Assembly: GCA_963666835.2 (NCBI GenBank)
Contig: CAXXGO010000006.1
Coordinates: 2,496,001-2,560,000 of the forward strand
Source of the DNA: Phycisphaerae bacterium
GTDB taxonomy: Bacteria > Planctomycetota > Phycisphaerae > UBA1845
Length of the DNA stretch: 64,000 bases
Direction of reading: 5' to 3'
The position numbers were made by a program, and so were the translations under genes. Positions 60,859 through 64,000 of this stretch are shown here, piece by piece. The notes beneath the pieces are model-generated. The model had not been told where the DNA came from. It made no database searches and saw only the letters and a program-made list of their open reading frames with translations. Numbering within the stretch: position 1 is the first letter of the stretch; every line of letters starts with the position of its first letter.

Positions 60859-62529
60859 TCAATCGAATTCAACTATGACGGTCTTGGCGTGATCGGGATC
60901 TGCGGCGAAGTCTTGCGGCAGCCGCGGCGTCTCCGTCTTGATAATCCGTCGGCGACCGGATCCTTCCTTGACTAGCTCCCGCAGGCGTTTCGTTGGAAGC
61001 TGACGGTAGTTGGTTGAGACCATCATTGTGCCGCCGGGACGCAGCAGGGGGGTCGAGGCCGCGACCAGGGCAGGCAAGTCTCGAGCGATGGAGAAGGTGC
61101 GACTGCCTTTCCTGCCGTGGGCGAAGCTCGGAGGGTCGAGGATGATGATGTCAAAGCGTTTCCCTTGACGGGCGGCGCGTCTGAGGTAGTCGAAGGCGTC
61201 CGACTTGATGAACTGATGGTCGGACGGATCGAGATGGCTAAGGGCGAAGTTCGCGCGGCCCCACTCCAGAGCCTTCGGGGATAAGTCCACGCTCACCGTT
61301 GAAGCGGCTCCGCCCGCCGCGGCAGCCACCGAGAAGCCGCAGGTGTAGGCGAACAGGTTGAGTACGTCCTTTCCGCGGGCTTGGGCTCTTATGCGTCGTC
61401 GGTTGTCCCGCTGATCCAGAAACAGGCCCACCGAGAAACCCTCGTAGGGTCTGATGATAAACGGAATACCGTATTCGCGGATTCTGATCTCGGGCGGGGC
61501 CGGACTGCCGGCCAGCGGATGCGGGGAGTGCAATACCCGCTGAGTATCCTCGTCCACGTCCGTGCGGTTCTTTACGAAACGCTTGGCATAGACGGCTTTG
61601 ACGCCCAGTTTGTCTTTGTACCATTTGGCCACTGCCGAGAGCATGTCGCCGCGCGCGCCTCGGTCATCGCTGATCTGGAGGGTGACGACCTCGCCGAATC
61701 TCTCGGCGACTACTCCTTTGAGATCTTCCTTTCCGCCGGTAATCAGGCGATACGCGTCCGTATTTCCTGAAGCCAGCAGGGGCAGCCGCCGGATCAAAGC
61801 GGCGAGCAGAGGACGCTCCGTATCTTGCGCTCCGTTGGCCAAGTTGGAGAACGCTTCCGGTACGCGGCAGCGCACTGTGGTTCGCACGCCCGTGCCGGGG
61901 TTCTTGAAAGCTATCTTGCTGAGATGGAGACAAGTGGAGGAGGTCTCGTGTTTGCGGCGGGTTTCGTCGTGCAGATTGTCTCCCAGCAGCCGCAGTCGTA
62001 CGGCGCGGAGTTGCGCCCGAAGCGCGTGCGTACTAGCGACGACTGTCTGGCAGCGCACCACGGTGCGGGCCGAACCGCGGTGGATAGCGCTGACGGTCGT
62101 CTGGCGGTTAAGGGCATTTGTCCGTTCTTTCGGCGCCGGAGGTCTCTTCCCTGCCCCCTTGACCGAGCCCCGCCGGCCGCGGGAGGCCCCGTGCCCGGCG
62201 TCGATCACGAGGGTGGCACGTGACATCTTCCCGAGCACGACGGCCGTGAATTCCTGGGTTACCTCGTTGTTTCGAAGGGCGGTTCGAAGGGCCTGGGCGA
62301 TCGCGGGGTTTTTGCCCAGCAGCAGCACCCCCGATTCGTACCGGTTCAGGCGGTTCGCCGTGTGAAACGTCTCGCCTTGCCCCCGCAGCTCTGCGAGGTA
62401 CTCGGACAACCCCGGCGACGTTCGTCCTTCCGGCGTGGCGGAGTCTATCCCGGACGGCTTGGCTACCGCCAAAACGTCGTCGTCCTCGTAGAGGATCGGA
62501 ACCAGTTCTTTGATCGACGCATTTGTCAT
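60859..62529 (-). CDS. Fusion of degenerate RluA-like pseudouridine synthase and RlmI/RlmK-type rRNA methyltransferase
   Basis: ILYEDDDVLAVAKPSG, NRLNRYESGVLL, LLGDNLH, LHLSKIAF; then AYRL, GLFLDQRDNR, VLNLFAYTCGFS, DIIILDPPSF. Confidence 0.85.
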   Translation of the reverse strand: MTNASIKELVPILYEDDDVLAVAKPSGIDSATPEGRTSPGLSEYLAELRGQGETFHTANRLNRYESGVLLLGKNPAIAQALRTALRNNEVTQEFTAVVLGKMSRATLVIDAGHGASRGRRGSVKGAGKRPPAPKERTNALNRQTTVSAIHRGSARTVVRCQTVVASTHALRAQLRAVRLRLLGDNLHDETRRKHETSSTCLHLSKIAFKNPGTGVRTTVRCRVPEAFSNLANGAQDTERPLLAALIRRLPLLASGNTDAYRLITGGKEDLKGVVAERFGEVVTLQISDDRGARGDMLSAVAKWYKDKLGVKAVYAKRFVKNRTDVDEDTQRVLHSPHPLAGSPAPPEIRIREYGIPFIIRPYEGFSVGLFLDQRDNRRRIRAQARGKDVLNLFAYTCGFSVAAAAGGAASTVSVDLSPKALEWGRANFALSHLDPSDHQFIKSDAFDYLRRAARQGKRFDIIILDPPSFAHGRKGSRTFSIARDLPALVAASTPLLRPGGTMMVSTNYRQLPTKRLRELVKEGSGRRRIIKTETPRLPQDFAADPDHAKTVIVEFD

Positions 62530-62986
62530 TGCCGTATGTCCATCGGGCCGGTTGTCGGAGGCGCAGTTCTTGCCGCTGTCCAGGCTCTTCCACGTGCACA
62601 AGTTCCTCTCAGACGCCTTCTGGTTGCCGTGACCTCGCCCGGGGGAGAATGATAGACGCTCTGCCCCGATGCGCCGAGGCAAAACGGGAATCTTGTGGTC
62701 CGGTCTTATCGGAACCGCCGTAGAATCCGGATGGGCGGCGGGCCTATCGCGGTTCAGAAGGAACCGTAAGATCGAGGGTGGTCCGCGTATTCCTTGCCCG
62801 CCTAGCATTGATTGGGAGCGCCCGCATGGACCGGGTGGGACTGGTGTTCGCCCGGCGGGCGTGCGACCGCCGACGAGGTGTGCTAAGGTTGGAGGCAATC
62901 GGACGGGAGTTGCCGATGTACTTGCTGGACGTCCGAGTGGGTCGACGGTTGATGATGACCGTGCGGAAGGAGCACCGAGTCTTACC

Positions 62987-64000
62987 ATGGAATGGAACAA
63001 GCTGAGAGACGAGTTTCCGATCACCCGGAACTACAATTTCCTCAACCACGCGGCGGCCGCTCCGATCAGCCGGCGCGCGGCTGATGCCGCCCGCGAGTAT
63101 CTAGCCGAAGCCGAGGCGAATGCTGATGTGCGGGGGATGTTCTTCAAGAACGTCGAGAGAGTCCGCGCCCATGCGGCTCTGCTATTGAACGCCAACGCCG
63201 ACGAGGTGGCCTTCGTCAAGAACACCAGCGAGGGCCTGAGCTTCGTTGCCAACGGGCTGACCTGGCAGAGCGGCGACAACGTAGTTACGACGAACGTCGA
63301 GTTCCCCGCGAATGTCTACGTCTGGCAGGCCTTGCGTGCCCGGGGCGTCGAGGTGCGCATGGTCCTGGAGGAGGACGGGCGTATTCCTCTGGAACGCCTG
63401 ATGGAGGCTATCGACACGCGCACTCGCGTCGTTTCCATCTCCTCGGTGCAGTTTGCCAGCGGCTTTCGCACCGATCTTGCCACCCTGGGGGAATATTGCC
63501 AGAGCAAAGGCGTTTTCTTCTGCGTGGATGCGATTCAGTCCCTCGGGGCGTTTCCCGTCGACGTCAAGGCGATGAAGATCGATTTCCTCTCGGCAGATGG
63601 GCACAAGTGGCTCTGTGCTCCGGAAGGGGCCGGCGTGTTCTACGTCCGCAAGGAGATTCAGGGGTATCTTCAGCCGACCACGATCGGCTGGATGAGCATG
63701 AAGGACCCGTTCAATTTCAGCAAGTACCAGTTCGAGTTTGCCGATTCCGCCCGCCGGTACGAGTCGGGGAGCTACAACATGCCGGGCGTCTACGCGCTGG
63801 GTGGAGCGATCGAGTTGGTGATGGAGATCGGCATTGACAAGATCGCCCAACGGATCGGGGCGTTGACGGACCGAATGACTAACGGCCTGCGCGGGAAAGG
63901 CTATCGCGTGATAAGCTCTCGGGCCCCGACCGAAGCCAGCGGCATCGTAGCCTTTATCTCCGATGTGCATGACCACGAGCGCATCCGAGACCATCTGGAG
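62987..64000 (+). CDS. Class V PLP-dependent aminotransferase / cysteine desulfurase-like; 3'-truncated by the window edge
   Basis: Absent from the ORF track because no stop lies in the window. MEWNKLRDEFP..FLNHAA, KNTSEGL, EFPANV, VDAIQSLG, ADGHKWL. Confidence 0.9.
   Translation, partial: MEWNKLRDEFPITRNYNFLNHAAAAPISRRAADAAREYLAEAEANADVRGMFFKNVERVRAHAALLLNANADEVAFVKNTSEGLSFVANGLTWQSGDNVVTTNVEFPANVYVWQALRARGVEVRMVLEEDGRIPLERLMEAIDTRTRVVSISSVQFASGFRTDLATLGEYCQSKGVFFCVDAIQSLGAFPVDVKAMKIDFLSADGHKWLCAPEGAGVFYVRKEIQGYLQPTTIGWMSMKDPFNFSKYQFEFADSARRYESGSYNMPGVYALGGAIELVMEIGIDKIAQRIGALTDRMTNGLRGKGYRVISSRAPTEASGIVAFISDVHDHERIRDHLE

Noticed and set aside
62530..63024. N-terminal extension of the 721-aa ORF
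   Set aside because: Low-complexity, overlaps the divergent PLP gene start; family similarity begins near Met at 62529.
63182..63994. 270-aa minus-strand ORF
   Set aside because: Antisense to the class V PLP enzyme on the plus strand.

Overview
GC-rich bacterial chromosomal window. The protein families present (GACC Cys-rich repeats, dockerin-like tails, DUF1579, DUF4159, SprA-related) suggest a Planctomycetota/Phycisphaerae-like organism; this is inference from family recall. Contents in order: a 5'-truncated Cys-rich repeat surface protein; a four-gene two-component cassette; SppA; an FG-GAP protein; a P1B ATPase; a Fur/PerR-led peroxide-defence cluster (tpx, rubredoxin-like, ferritin-like, rubrerythrin, plus an internally deleted relic and REP-like repeats); a nine-gene minus-strand lipid cluster; dacB; a catalytically dead ketosynthase-like gene; further large secreted proteins; a GT2/GT-C glycosylation operon; a frameshifted ECF sigma factor with a putative anti-sigma; rplU; a ferredoxin; a fusion of a degenerate pseudouridine synthase with an rRNA methyltransferase; and a 3'-truncated class V PLP enzyme. 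The best candidate for an undescribed system is the lipid cluster at 27596-36720. It encodes OleC-like, OleD-like, FabF-like KS, ACP, two phytoene-desaturase-like flavoproteins, FabZ, FabI and an Sfp PPTase, with no oleA or oleB in the window. It could make an unsaturated acyl-derived olefin or beta-lactone without oxygen. No tRNA, rRNA, CRISPR array or transposase was recognised. All family calls come from motif reading, not database searches.
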